Made by a program: the position numbers and the translations under genes. Shown here one piece after another: positions 1-11,850 of a stretch of 64,000 nucleotides of DNA (positions within the stretch are counted from its first letter, which is position 1; every line of letters starts with the position of its first letter). Location: contig NC_086107.1 of NCBI RefSeq assembly GCF_963921235.1, positions 104,720,001-104,784,000 of the forward strand. Reading direction: 5' to 3'. The stretch comes from Mobula hypostoma. Its lineage: Eukaryota. Under the pieces are notes generated by a model. It saw only the letters and a list, made by a program, of their open reading frames with translations, was not told the origin of the DNA and did no database searches.

Positions 1-24
1 ACACATTCAGTTTCTGGTGTCTCT

Positions 25-1015
25 CTAAGGCTTTAATAAGGTCTGACATGGATACTGGTCCAAAAGATTAAAGCTCATGAGATATATGGCAAATGAGAAT
101 CAAAATTGGCTTGGTCATTGAAGACAAAGGTGGAATGTTGTTTCTTTGATTGGAAGATTGACTCTTGGGATCAGTGCTATTTGACATGTATGGAAGACAT
201 ATGAATAGCAAGTTTGCAGAAGACATTAAAATTGGTATTATTGATAAATGAGGATAGTTGTGGGCGAGAAGATGTTGAGCAGGTGGTAAAATGGGCAGCT
301 GGGGTTTGAAAAATGTGAGGTGATACACTGTGAGAGGAGTAATAAAGATGTATGAGACAAGGTGGTGGTGATTTAGGGAGTATTGAGCAACAGGGAGACT
401 TGGTGTACGAGTCTAAAGATCTCTGAAAATAACAGCATAGGTAGATGAGGTGAAGAAAGCAAATAGGCCTATTCACCTTCATTGGTCAGGGCACAAAATA
501 CAGGTGGTTATAGTACCTCTTTATAACATTGGTTTGGTTGCATCTAAAGTACCACGTACCGTTCTGATTGCCACTATGTCGGAAGAATTCAATTGCACTG
601 AGGTATATGAGGATTTTGCTTGGGATGGAATGTCTTATTTACGAGGAAAGACTGGATGGACTGCTTTTGTTTTTCTTGGAGCGGAGTTGGCTGTGCTGCA
701 CCTGATGAAATTGCAGTTAAAGTAGATGGGAGGAAACTTTTCCCCACGGCAGAGCTAACTAAAACTAGAGGAGACAGATTTAGAAGGGATTTGAAGAACT
801 CTTTTCATTCCGAGAGTAGCTGGAATCTGGTGTGCACTGCCAGATGGGTAGTCAAAGGAAGGTACTTTCAGCATATTATAGCATCTGGACAAGAGCTTAA
901 ATAGCCAAGGTATAGAAGGCTACAAATTCAGTGCTTGTAAATGGTATTAGTATAGATAGGCATTTGATTGGTGGGGTGAAGAACCTGTTTTGATACTACA
1001 TGACTCGGACTCTAA
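25..1015 (+). mobile_element. Degenerate CR1-type LINE, RT region and 3' end
   Basis: Frameshifted RT motifs: FNKV..LVQKIKAH near 31-80 and KFAEDIKIG (FADDTK-like) near 210-237, followed by a CR1-like 3' region. Confidence 0.75.
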
Positions 1016-1043
1016 ATGTAGTTGATTGGTGCATGTAATTGAA

Positions 1044-1705
1044 TTAGATTAGATTATGAGGACACTCAGTCCTCGTTTATTGTCATTTAGAAATGCATGT
1101 ATTAAAAAATGATACAATGTTCCTCCAGAATGATATCACAAGAAACAGGACAAACCAAGACTAAAACTGACAAAACCACATAACTATAACATATAGTTAC
1201 AACAGTGCAAAGCAATACTGTAATTTGATAAAGAGCAGACCATGGGCACGGTAAAAAAAAGTCTCAAGTCCCGATAGCCCCATCATCTCACGCTGACGGT
1301 GGAAGGGAGAAACTCTCTCTGCCATGCACCTCCAAGCGCCGCAAACTTGCCGATGCAGCATGATTGGAAGCACCCAACCGCAGTGGACTCTTGAATCCGT
1401 CAGAAAACTTCAAGCCTCCGACCAGCCCTCTGACACTGAGCCGTCCCCTGCCGAGCACTTTGACCCCACCCCGGCCGCCGAGCAACAAGCAAAGCGGAGG
1501 ACTCGGGGCCTTCCCCTCTGGAGATTCTGGATCACACAGTAGCAGCAGCAGCGAAGCAGGCATTTCAGAAGTTTCACCAGGTGTTCCTCCGTGCTGTCAC
1601 ACCTGTCTCCATCAGATCAGGATTTGCACGACACCCTACTTGACAGATAACAGACATCACCACCGGAGTGGCTGCTGCGAGCTGCATTGCGCCGCCATCT
1701 TCTCC
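1044..1705 (-). mobile_element. Non-autonomous retroelement (SINE-like/short LINE derivative)
   Basis: On the - strand it starts GGAGAAGATGGCGGCG, has a CpG-rich body, and ends AATAAACGAGG... plus an (AATCT)n tail. No coding capacity. Confidence 0.6.
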
Positions 1706-2774
1706 TGATGTGAATTAAGAGTTCACATGTTAACAATATGGAATAAGTGAAGCCTGAAGAAGTGTTTTTATTTGGTAATACAATTACAAATTACATTTCT
1801 ATGAAGGATATTCATTGCTTAATGTAGTAAATGGTTATCCTTCTGGCTTGTTGACTGTAGTAATCTTTCCCATTCTTCAAATGTCTAATTCTCTGGCCAT
1901 TTTTGCTGATAATGTTGATTTTAAAAATGAAAATGTGGTAGAACATTGCATTTGTAATTGTCAGGAAAAAGTAAAAAGACTTGTATTCACTGAGTGCCTT
2001 TCAGAATGACCTAGAACATTCTGAAGCCTGTGAAGTAATCTTAAAGGGCAGACAATTACAATGTAGTGTGCAACCAATTTGGGCTAAACAAGCTACCACA
2101 AATGTGTGATATGATAATGACCAGATCATGTATCAGCGAGATCTATTTAATTATTCATCTTTGGTAATTGGATGTCACTGGCAAGGGCAGCATTTTATTT
2201 TCCATCCCTATTTGCCCTTGAATTGACTGGCTTGTTCAGCCATTATGGAGAACATTTAAGAGGGATAAAAATCAACAAGAGCACCAGAAAGAGTCCCATT
2301 CTCTTTATACTTGGGCCACCAGATCTTTTATGCCCACCTGAGATTTTGACATGATACTCAAAAGACTTGCTTGCACTGGATTAGGATGCTGGTCAGGTTT
2401 TTTTTGTGACCAGTATTCAAAGTAGAAATTGAAATATAATGTCTTGACTTTGATGAGAGTGCTTCAAACTGTACTACAGCTGACAGTGAAGAAGCCAATG
2501 CCACGGAATCTGAAATGTGAAGAATGTGGGAATTCTACCTGCTATTCTTTACAATGTTTATCCACTGACCAATTTCATTCAAAATATTATGATGACCAAG
2601 TCTGTACCTTAACAGGAGGAATTACCATTTGTCGCATAAAGCTAGTGGAGGAATAGAACATACAACAATAACGTATAGTATGGACTCTTCAGCCTACAAT
2701 ATTGTGCTGAAGAATTGGAGACCTACTCCATGATCTGTCTAACTTTTCCCTCCTACGCAGCCCATAACCCTCCA

Positions 2775-4760
2775 TTTTTCTTACATCCATGTAGCTGCCT
2801 GAGAGTCTCTTCAACATCTTTGGATCTGAATGAATACACCATAGTTGTCCCAGACTTTATTAAAACAGTTGTAGACAAGTGTGTCATCACAAAAGCATTC
2901 AGATCTTCCCCAATCAGAAGCCCTGGATGAACCATGAGATCTGCAATCTGCTGAAGGCCAGGTCAGAGGCATTCAAGTCTGGTGACCAAGAAAGTTACAG
3001 GAGGTCCAGATGCAATCTCTGGAAAGCTACCCTACTGGCGAAGTGGCAATTCCAGACTAAACTTGACTTAATGAAGGATACTTGACAGTTGTGGCAGGTG
3101 TTGAATGCTGTTATCTTTTATAAAGAAAAATCAAGTGACATAAGCGATAGCAGGGCTTTGCTTATAGATGAGATCAATATCTTCTATGCTTACTTTGACT
3201 GTCAAAACATGAAGGAACCATCACAAACTCCTGCAGCCCCCAACAATCCTGTGATTTCAGACTGAGGCCAGCATGCGAGCAGTCTTCAGGAAGGGAACCC
3301 ACGAAATGCACCCAACCCAAGTGGGGTATCTGTACTAAAGACCTGTGCAGATCAACAACCTGGAGTGTTCACTGAGATCTTTAACCTCTTGCTTCAGCAG
3401 TATGAGTTACTCACCTGCTTCAAGTAGACTTCACTTACAGTGATGAAATGTTTTTGGTGATGAAACATATCAACTCCTGACTGAAAAGTGACTTGGATCA
3501 CTCCAGTTGTCCAATAGTCATAGTCATACTTTATTGATCCTGGGGGAAATTGGTTTTCGTTACAGTTGCACCATAAATAATTAAATAGTAATAAAACCAT
3601 AAATAATTAAATAGTAATATGTAAATTATGCCAGGAGATAAGTCCAGGACCAGCCTATTGGCTCAGGGTGTCTGACCCACCAAGGGAGGAGTTGTAAAGT
3701 TTGATGGCCACAGGCAGGAATGACTTCCTATGACGCTCTGTGTTGCATCTCAGTGGAATGAGTCTCTGGCTGAATGTGCCCAACCAGTACATTATGTAGT
3801 GGATGGGAGACATTGTCCAAGATGGCATGCAACTTGGACGGCATCCTCTTTTCGGGCACCACCGTGAGAAAGTCCAGTTCCATCCCCACAACATCACTGG
3901 CTTTATGAATGTGTTTGTTGATTCTGTTGGTGTCTACTACCCTCAGCCTGCTACCCCAGCACACAACAGCAAACATGATCGCACTGGCCACCACAGACTC
4001 GTAGAACATCCTCAGCATCGTCCGGCAGATGTTAAAGGACCTCAGTCTCCTCAGGAAATAGAGACGGCTCTGACCCTTCTTGTAGACAGCCTCAGTGTTC
4101 TTTGACCAGTCCAGTTTATTGTCAATTCGTATCTTCAGGTATTTGTAATCCTCCACCATGTCCACACTGACCCCCTGGATGGAAACAGGGGTCACTGGTA
4201 CCTTAGCTCTCCTCAGGTCTACCACCAGCTCCTTAGTCTTTTTCACATTAAGCTGCAGATAATTCTGCTCACACCATGTGACAAAGTTTCCTACTGTAGC
4301 CCTGTACTCAGCCTCATCTCCCCTGCTGATGCATCCAACTATGGCAGAGTCATCAGAAAACTTCTGAAGATGACAAGACTCTGTGCAGTAGTTGAAGTCC
4401 AAGGTGTAAATGGTGAAGAGAAAGGGAGACAAGACAGTCCCCTGTGGAGCCCCAGTGCTGCTGATCATTCTGTCAGACATATAGTGTTGCAAGCACACGT
4501 TCTGTGGTGCAACAGATCCACAGCAAATGTGATGTCATTGGATCTTCACTCAACCCTGGAACATTTGGACAGCATAGATGCATACATCAGGTTACTTAGA
4601 GATCAGCATTCAATGCCACCGTCCCCTCAAACTAATCATTAAGCTTTAAGATCTTGGCCTCAATATCTCCTTGGAACCTTGCTTTCTGCATTTGCAGACC
4701 CCAGTCATTTCAGATTGGTAACAACACCTGCACAATCTCCATCAGCGCAGGACCACCACT
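2775..4760 (+). mobile_element. Old Rex1/Babar LINE remnant, interrupted by a younger Rex1
   Basis: Fragments SLDLNEYT..DKCV and FPNQKPWMNHEICNLLKARSEAFKSGD. It resumes after 4500 with NRSTANVMSLDLHSTLEHLD..YIRLL. Confidence 0.8.
3514..4500 (-). mobile_element. Young 5'-truncated Rex1/Babar LINE (RT C-terminal half)
   Basis: ORF 3728-4498 has GAPQGTVLSPFLFTIYT, LQKFSDDSAIVG and LNVKKTKELVVD. 3' end is GATCAATAAAGTATGACTATGACTAT. Closely matches 22503-23597. Confidence 0.92.
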
Positions 4761-4769
4761 GATTTGCAG

Positions 4770-5090
4770 CTGAAGTGTTGCCTCACCTGGAAGGACTGTT
4801 TGGTGCCCTGAATAAAGGTGAGGGAGGAGATGAATTACCCCTCCCTCACCCACCTGGCTTCACCTTATCACCTTCTAGCTTGACCTCCTTCCCTTCTGCC
4901 CACCTTCTACTGGCATCTTCCCCCTTCTACTGGCATCTTCCCCCTTGCTTTCCAGTCCTGATGGAGGGATTCAGCCCGAAATGTGGACTGTTTATTCATT
5001 TCCATAGGTGCTGCCTAATCTGCTGAGTTCTTCCAATGTTTTGTGTGTGTTGCTCTGGATTTTCAGCATCTGTAGGATCTCTTGTAGTTA
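4770..5090 (+). mobile_element. Old Penelope-like fragment with a short inverted piece and a decayed hammerhead motif
   Basis: 4771-4830 matches the Penelope sequence at 47321-47380. 4953-4990 reads CAGTCCTGATGGAGGG...CCCGAAATGTGGACTG, followed by the family tail. Confidence 0.7.
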
Positions 5091-5510
5091 ATTTTCAGAT
5101 ACTAGCAAGCACTTATCTATTTTAACTAATGTTTAATTTGATATTGTGACTTTGGAGTTTGGGCAAGAGTGGTGATGATGAGTGGGAGTGAACATGATTT
5201 CTCAAAAATTTATTTCATATAATTTGAGATGTATATTCCCCCAAAATAATAACCTTTAGAAATTCTCAATGTAAGGACATTTCCAATATTTATGATTTCA
5301 ATTACAGCTAAATACACCTGGTATCCTTTATATTACACTATTTGTGACGTTAATTGTTTTACTGAATGATTTTCTGCCGTGAAATGTAAGCTGGTTTCAG
5401 AATGAATGTGTTTAGTATGGCAGTGTTGGTTCCTTTAATTAGTAGTGTTTTATTCATATGGCATTGTCAACTGTTCTGATTTTGTGCAGCTGGTAGTGTG
5501 AGTTCAGTAT

Positions 5511-5622
5511 TACTGCCCCCTACTGTTCATTTAATATTTTGTAGTTAACAGAAAGACATATATTTGATGTTTGTCCTTGACTGCATTCCATGGCATGCTG
5601 TACACTGCGACCTCTGCTGTAC
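5511..5622 (-). promoter_or_regulatory. Two co-oriented CTCF-like motifs
   Basis: The - strand reads ACAGTAGGGGGCAGTA (5511-5526) and ACAGCAGAGGTCGCAG (5605-5620), both close to CCASYAGRKGGCRS. Confidence 0.3.
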
Positions 5623-5719
5623 CCTAACTCAGCAAATGGTTACAAAAGAGTACTGGCTCTGGATCAGGCACAGTACCTGCTGAAATACCAAAACATAGTA
5701 AATAAATGCTTTTGACATT

Positions 5720-5900
5720 AATTCATGACCATATCTATATCTGTGAAATGCCAGGGAATCTCAGAGATGCTGTAATCTACCATCAACCAAGGAGACAAGT
5801 CTAATTGTCATAATTACAGAGTCTTCTCTGCTGTCTGCATGGGGAAAGTCATCGTGAGAATTCTCTTCATCTCTCTCCTTATAGAAGCCAGTTTAAGATG
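5720..5900 (+). mobile_element. Ancient RTE-type RT fragment
   Basis: LRDAVI...GDKSNCHNYR...GKVIVRIL, typical of the RTE RT N-terminus. Confidence 0.55.
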
Positions 5901-6099
5901 ATGCTGAAGTACAGTAACAATTTTCTGGTAGCAAACAAAGCTATAAATTACTGTATTAATCATGCTTTTTCTCAAATACAATCACTGCAATTAATAGCCT
6001 GTAACTTCCCTTTCAGAGCTGAACTTTTGAATCGTTTGTACGATCTGGCATTTTTGTGGTGTGAACTGTAGTCTCAACAGCACAGGACAGTTGCAACAT

Positions 6100-6713
6100 A
6101 GCATGTATGGGCGGAATTGAGGTAGCAGGGCCTGGGCCCAAGAGCGGGGAATGAGCCGAGGTTTGGTCATTGTACAATTTGATGTGGCAGAACAGAGGCG
6201 AGGCAGAATCACGGCGGCAGGGCGCAGGCCTGGGCTTGAGAGTGCGGACAAACCTGAGGTTTGATTAATTTAGGCGCTGGGCCGAATTGGACAAGTTGGG
6301 TGCGGGCCGAATTGAAGTGGGAGGGCTCAGGTCTAAGAGTGAGGAATAATCCAAGGTTTGGATGATTTAAGCAGCAGGCCGGATTGAAAAAGTCAGATTG
6401 TTGGGGCGGGAGGCAAGGGATGAGCCTGATTAGCTTGTTGCTCCATGGATTTACTTGTCTCTGCACTGAACTGAGGCTGTTGTATGGGCTGCAGTGATGA
6501 CTGGCTTCACGGCTGTGGACTCACTTTCGTGAACTTCAGTTCTGAATGTTATTTACTTTTATTATTTGCACAATAGGTTTTTTCCAGCATATTGAGTGTT
6601 TGGTCTTTTTATTGGTCATTTTGTTTTTTTTTGTTCTGTGACTGCCTGTAAGGAGATGAATCTTAAGGTTGTGTATAGTATACTTTGATAATGAATGTAC
6701 TTTGAACTTTGAA
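6100..6713 (+). mobile_element. GC-rich non-autonomous retroelement with a LINE-like 3' tail
   Basis: GC-rich internally repetitive 5' part, ending ATAATGAATGTACTTTGAACTTTGAA. A similar tail occurs near 16720-16872. Confidence 0.55.
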
Positions 6714-7859
6714 GCTCTTCACACAGTTGCAATGTAGATTCTTTCCATAAGGAGGCCGAATGAGCATCATTTTTGTGTGTGACAGCTCCAAGTTTCAAGA
6801 GCAGAACAGACTACTGCACATTATTATTTAACCCTATTAATTGACGGAAAGGGAGGATCCTTGTATTTGATTGTCGACAAACACTATCCTCCTCATAATG
6901 GTGAGCAGACCATGATCGTAACCACCAGATTCCCCACAGACCAAATCCCAGTCCAACTTTGGGTCAAGTGAACTATGTCCTTGAACTAATCCTCTTGTCG
7001 TCCTTTCTTACTGTGATGCTGTATATCACATCACCTTCACTGCAGATTTTGTGAGTAATTAACTTACACTAAGTGAGAGATTATTCAGCTTTTGTCACTT
7101 CAACTTTAGACCCAAGTGCATAACCACCTCTAAGTTACAATACAGTACATAGGTGATGCTCATATATGTGAAAGAATCTTCAAACCATCATTCAGGGTGG
7201 ACCTTGTACTAAGCAAGACGATAAAGATCCTTCATTAAATTGTTCCTACTACTTAACACGTACATCTACTCAGTATAATCTAGATCAGGGGTCCCCAACC
7301 TTTTTTGCACCGCGGACCAGTTTAATATTGACAAAATTTTTGCGGATCGGCGGACTTGGGGCGGGGGGGGGTGTAATCACGACCGGAATATAGGTGATAA
7401 GTCAACTATAAGTCACTTATAAGTGGCTAATACACTCAATTTCGTTTCCAAAGGGGTTTATCTAACGAATTTAATATTAAACACACAAGGCATATTTTCC
7501 TCGCATGAATATAGTGATAAGTCAATTATAACAGTGGTCCCAAACCTCCAGGCCGCGGACCGATACATTGCCGCGAAGCGTGCAGCAGTAGCCAGAACGC
7601 ACTCAGCACACCTTTAAGAAAAAAGCCGAAATAAACAAGCTAATTGTATTAGGTGCTGCCTGGCATGTAAATGTCGGCCCAGATCAGAGGCGACCCAATC
7701 GGCAATCGCCTCTGATCTGGGCCGACATTTACGTGCCAGGCAGCACCTAATTAATTAGCTTCAAACAACAGGAATTCTGCAGATGCTGGAAATTCAAGCA
7801 ACACACATCAAAGTTGCTGGTGAACGCAGCAGGCCAAGCAGCATCTATAGGAAGAGGTG

Positions 7860-7901
7860 CAGTCGACGTTTCAGGCCGAGACCCTTCGTCAGGACTAACT
7901 G
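7860..7901 (-). ncRNA. Minimal type I hammerhead ribozyme motif (Penelope pLTR)
   Basis: - strand AGTC-CTGACGA-AGGGTCTCGGCCT-GAAAC-GTC-GACT. Confidence 0.8.
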
Positions 7902-8407
7902 AAGGAAGAGTGAGTAAGGGATTTGAAAGCTGGAGGGGGAGGGGGAGATGCAAAATGATAGGAGAAGACAGGAGGGGGAGGGATAGAGCCAAGAGCTGGA
8001 CAGGTGATAGGCAAAAGGGGATACGAGAGGATCATGGGACAGGAGGTCCGGGAAGAAAGATGGGGGGGGGTGACCCAGAGGATGGGCAAGAGGTATATTC
8101 AGAGGGACAGAGGGAGAAAAAGGAGAGTGAGAGAAAGAATGTGTGCATAAAAATGAGTAACAGATGGGGTACGAGGGGGAGGTGGGGCCTAGCGGAAGTT
8201 GGAGAAGTCAATGTTCATGCCATCAGGTTGGAGGCTACCCAGACGGAATATAAGGTGTTGTTCCTCCAACCTGAGTGTGGCTTCATCTTTACAGTAGAGG
8301 AGGCCGTGGATAGACATGTCAGAATGGGAATGGGATGTGGAATTAAAATGTGTGGCCACTGGGAGATCCTGCTTTCTCTGGCGGACAGAGCGTAGATGTA
8401 GACTGGG

Positions 8408-8701
8408 GTGATATACTGCGTCCGGTGCTCCCGATGTGGCCTTTTATATATTGGTGAGACCCGACGCAGACTGGGAGACAGCTTTGCTGAACATCTACGC
8501 TCTGTCCGCCAGAGAAAGCAGGATCTCCCAGTGGCCACACATTTTAATTCCACATCCCATTCCCATTCTGACATGTCTATCCACGGCCTCCTCTACTGTA
8601 AAGATGAAGCCACACTCAGGTTGGAGGAACAACACCTTATATTCCGTCTGGGTATCCTCCAACCTGATGGCATGAACATTGACTTCTCTAACTTCCGCTA
8701 G
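8408..8701 (+). pseudogene. GIY-YIG endonuclease domain fragment of a Penelope-like element
   Basis: VIYCVRCSRCGLLYIGETRRRLGDSFAEH...PVATHFN...RLEEQHLIFRLGILQPDGMN; 5'-truncated. Confidence 0.9.
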
Positions 8702-8991
8702 GCCCCACCTCCCCCTCGTACCCCATCTGTTACTCATTTTTATGCACACATTCTTTCTCTCACTCTCCTTTTTCTCCCTCTGTCCCTCTGAATATACCTC
8801 TTGCCCATCCTCTGGGTCACCCCCCCCCCCCGTCTTTCTTCCCGGACCTCCTGTCCCATGATCCTCTCGTATCCCCTTTTGCCTATCACCTGTCCAGCTC
8901 TCGGCTCTATCCCTCCCCCTCCTGTCTTCTCCTATCATTTTGCATCGCCCCCTCCCCCTCCAGCTTTCAAATCCCTTACTCACTCTTCCTT

Positions 8992-9033
8992 CAGTTAGTC
9001 CTGACGAAGGGTCTCGGCCTGAAACGTCGACTG
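8992..9033 (+). ncRNA. Minimal type I hammerhead ribozyme motif (Penelope pLTR)
   Basis: Stem I AGTC/GACT, core CTGACGA (9001-9007), short stem II, GAAAC (9021-9025), and GTC with predicted cleavage after 9028. Confidence 0.8.
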
Positions 9034-9899
9034 CGCCTCTTCCTATAGATGCTGCTTGGCCTGCTGCGTTCACCAGCAACTTTGATGTGTGTTGCCTTAA
9101 TTAATTAGCTTGTTTATTTCGGCTTTTTTCTTAAAGGTGTGCTGAGTGTGTTCTGGCTACTGCTGTACCGCTGCATGCTTCGCTGCCCAGAGGTTGGGGA
9201 CCAGTGATAAGTCACTTATAAGGCAATAGCAGCGTAACATTTTAAGTAACGTTTGGATAATAAACACACAGTGCATATTTTTCTCATATGAACATATAAA
9301 ATGATTGCAACACACCTGTATCGCTGAATCAGTGGAGCCCTGGTCTTGTTTTCCTGCAATAAGACAGTCCCATCGAGAGGTGATGGGAACAGCGATACTC
9401 GAACAGGGTTCCTTATGTCCAGTGTATTCTGCAATTTAGTTTTCATTGCATTCATTGCAGAAAACTCCGCTTCACAGCGATATGATGTTGGAAATGGAAG
9501 CAACGTTTTCAGTGCTTTCGTGGCTATCTCAGGTTATTGAGCCTTGACTTTGATCCAGAATGCCGGCAGAGATGTTGTGTAAACATACTTTTCAGCTCAC
9601 TGTCATTTGCAAGCTCGAGGAGTTGATGATCTTCCCGCGCTGACATGGATGATTCACTGGGGACATTCACAAATGGGTCACGGACCCATTCCTTTGCACG
9701 TCTTGGGTCACCGATGACCTCGCGTGTGTTACAATTCAATAGTGGGCATGACAGGGAATGAGGAAAGGTGCAGCTGACTCATATCGCAAATCATATCGTT
9801 TCCTCGTGGCTTGGTATCGGTCCACAGCCAGGTGGTTGGGGACCACTGATCTAGATCCATGTTGAGACCCTGATCAATATGGGACACTTGGGAGTTGCC

Positions 9900-10510
9900 T
9901 TTTTCTGAGAGCAGATATTTAAACAAAAATCAACCAGTGCGTCTAAGTAGCCAGCAGAATCTTCTGGATACCTGCAGATTTGCAGATGAAGACCTCAAAC
10001 GTAGCCTGTGGTGTCAACCACGCAACAGTAATCTGTTCTCCTCCAAAGCCCTGGAGAAGTTCTTACAATGCTACTTTCTTATCCAATGTAAGTTGCCCTT
10101 TCCCAGGCCCTCATTCCTGCACTGAGCCCCTTATCATGCTCAACCAACTTCACAGGAAGCCCATCTGTGTGCGTACCTGACATGAGAATTTCAATGCAAG
10201 TGCACTTTGAGTTCTGTCACAGCAAGAATGTTACAGGAAAACAAAGAAAATGCTTCATGAAATTTTGCAAAGCTACTCTGAAAAATATGTAATATCCTCA
10301 CTAACTCATGGCAATCAATGTCTTAAGACTGCTCAGACTGATAGAAAATTTATCTGGAAATGCATTGAACTCTTTGGGTTTTGGGCTCATGTGGAGGCTA
10401 AGAGTAAACAATGGAAGGACAATGCAATAATCCAAAGGACCAACCTATCCACCCCATCAAACACCACCTCTCGCACTTGTGGCAAGATCTGCTGATCCTG
10501 CTAAAATCAT
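9900..10510 (+). mobile_element. Ancient RTE-type LINE 3' remnant
   Basis: Degenerate C-terminal region ending in TCGKIC, a zinc-finger-like motif. Confidence 0.4.
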
Positions 10511-11504
10511 TCGTCAGCATAAATATGACCAAAGTATAATAGAGGCTGTAATTCTTGTCCCTGACTGTAATGTTCATATTTAGCAGAAATACTGAATTGA
10601 TTGGAAGTACCTTGGTGGAATTGTTTTTTTTTGCAAATCCTTTTCTTGCTTTGCAGACTTTGAGATGCAGGTTAGCTCTAGCAAAGTTCACTGGGCTCAA
10701 AGATGTCAAATATTGAAAGGATGCTGATAAACATTAATGATAAATTTCATTTTTGGTAAAGTTAAATAGTTGAGTAGCTGTAGAATTATTTGAACTTGTA
10801 CTACAGAGATTTACTTTAATGGGTTGTCTGCGATATAAGTGTGGGATGTAGAAACAAATACCAAGAGTTCACTCTTTGTTGAGATGTGTTTCTTTCTGTG
10901 CATTTTGACAATTGCTGGCAGAGAGCATTGGCAAACTGCTTGCTTTTTCTTCCCATTGCTTCCTTTGTATTACTCTGTGCATACTTATGCCATGTGTGTG
11001 GTGGCTCAAGGCCTTTTGTAATCATCAGTCAGTATAACATGATGTTTCTTCCAATTTTAGCTCCATTTTCCAAGGAATATTAGCTTAAGTGAGCAGAGTA
11101 CATAGTACACTTGTTGAGATTGCTGATGTACAAGTTAAAATTCCTAAAATTGAGTATTTTAAAGTAATATTAGAGAGGACATGCCTAAGGTTTCTCCTTC
11201 CTGTTTCCTAACTAATCAAATGTTTTTTTTATTTCAATAACATTTAAGAGGAGGTGCAAGCAAGCTCTCTAATCTCATCCTAAAATGTCTTTTTGTTTTG
11301 TGGCTTTTGTCAGAGAATATGGTCTTTGTGAATTTGATTTTGGTTTAAACCTCAGCCCTGCTTTATAACAAGTGAAATTCTTAAGATTTTTTATGTTAGG
11401 TCAACAAATTGCTTCCATTAGAGTACATTTTAATGCTTTTTGCCTGGTGAGTGATAGAATGTAGAATATCTTGGACATTGCTATTACTGCAAATACTTGT
11501 GTGT

Positions 11505-11850
11505 GGTATGGTAGGTGTCTGACGATGACAGGAGACCCGTGCAGGAGAATTTTTAAACTGGAAAAGTCGTTGCACTAGGACAGTTCCACACTCTTGACCT
11601 TAGAAGTCCGAGTCCAGTAGTATGAACAAGTGTCACAAACTAAGGTTTTCCTTGGTTGCAGTGGATGACCATGAGGTCTTCTGCGCCTTGTCATGCCCTT
11701 TGCTCTCCACAGAGCATTGCAGAACCACCTTCCTGACCGTTGGATCTTGCTGTAGATCTCATCCACCTAGTCTGCTGGAACTGACTTCGCATACTTGGAC
11801 AGGCGTGTCCCTATTTCACTATGAGGCCGAGCAGCTACCCTCGCTTGGTT
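11505..11850 (-). mobile_element. RTE-related non-autonomous element
   Basis: The - strand motif ACTGGACTCGGACTTCTAAGGTCAAGAGTGTGGAACTG resembles RTE-derived SINE/UTR sequence (recognised from memory). Confidence 0.4.

Larger units (their letters stand above)
7762..9097. mobile_element. Penelope-like element insertion with inverted pseudo-LTR
   Basis: Arms 7798-8399 and 8491-9095 are near-identical inverted copies. A 36-nt tail (7762-7797) is on one arm only. 14-bp TSD TAATTAATTAGCTT (7748-7761, 9098-9111). Confidence 0.93.
7532..9206. mobile_element. Palindromic hAT MITE nested in Charlie copy 1, itself interrupted by Penelope
   Basis: Ends CAGTGGTCCCAAACC / GGTTGGGGACCAGTG. Internal inverted arms are centred near 7700. 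A second copy lies at 40754-41102. Confidence 0.82.
7286..9848 (-). mobile_element. Non-autonomous hAT (Charlie3/MER1-like) DNA transposon, copy 1
   Basis: TIRs CAGGGGTCCCCAACC / GGTTGGGGACCACTG. 8-bp TSD ATCTAGAT (7278-7285, 9849-9856) fits the Charlie NTCTAGAN target. Transposase C-terminal fragments KEWVRDPFVN and LPFPTSYRCEAEFSAM. Confidence 0.92.

Noticed and set aside
1288..1708. CpG-rich segment with ORFs as a promoter or first exon
   Set aside because: It lies within a retroelement with an AATAAA and microsatellite tail, and the ORFs are low-complexity.
4903..4945. Short tandem duplication CCTTCTACTGGCATCTTCCC
   Set aside because: Ordinary slippage duplication inside an old repeat, like 18032-18139.
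7814..9079. Mirror-image 193/194-aa ORFs (also 46663-46992)
   Set aside because: These are antisense frames of the Penelope inverted repeat, not genes.
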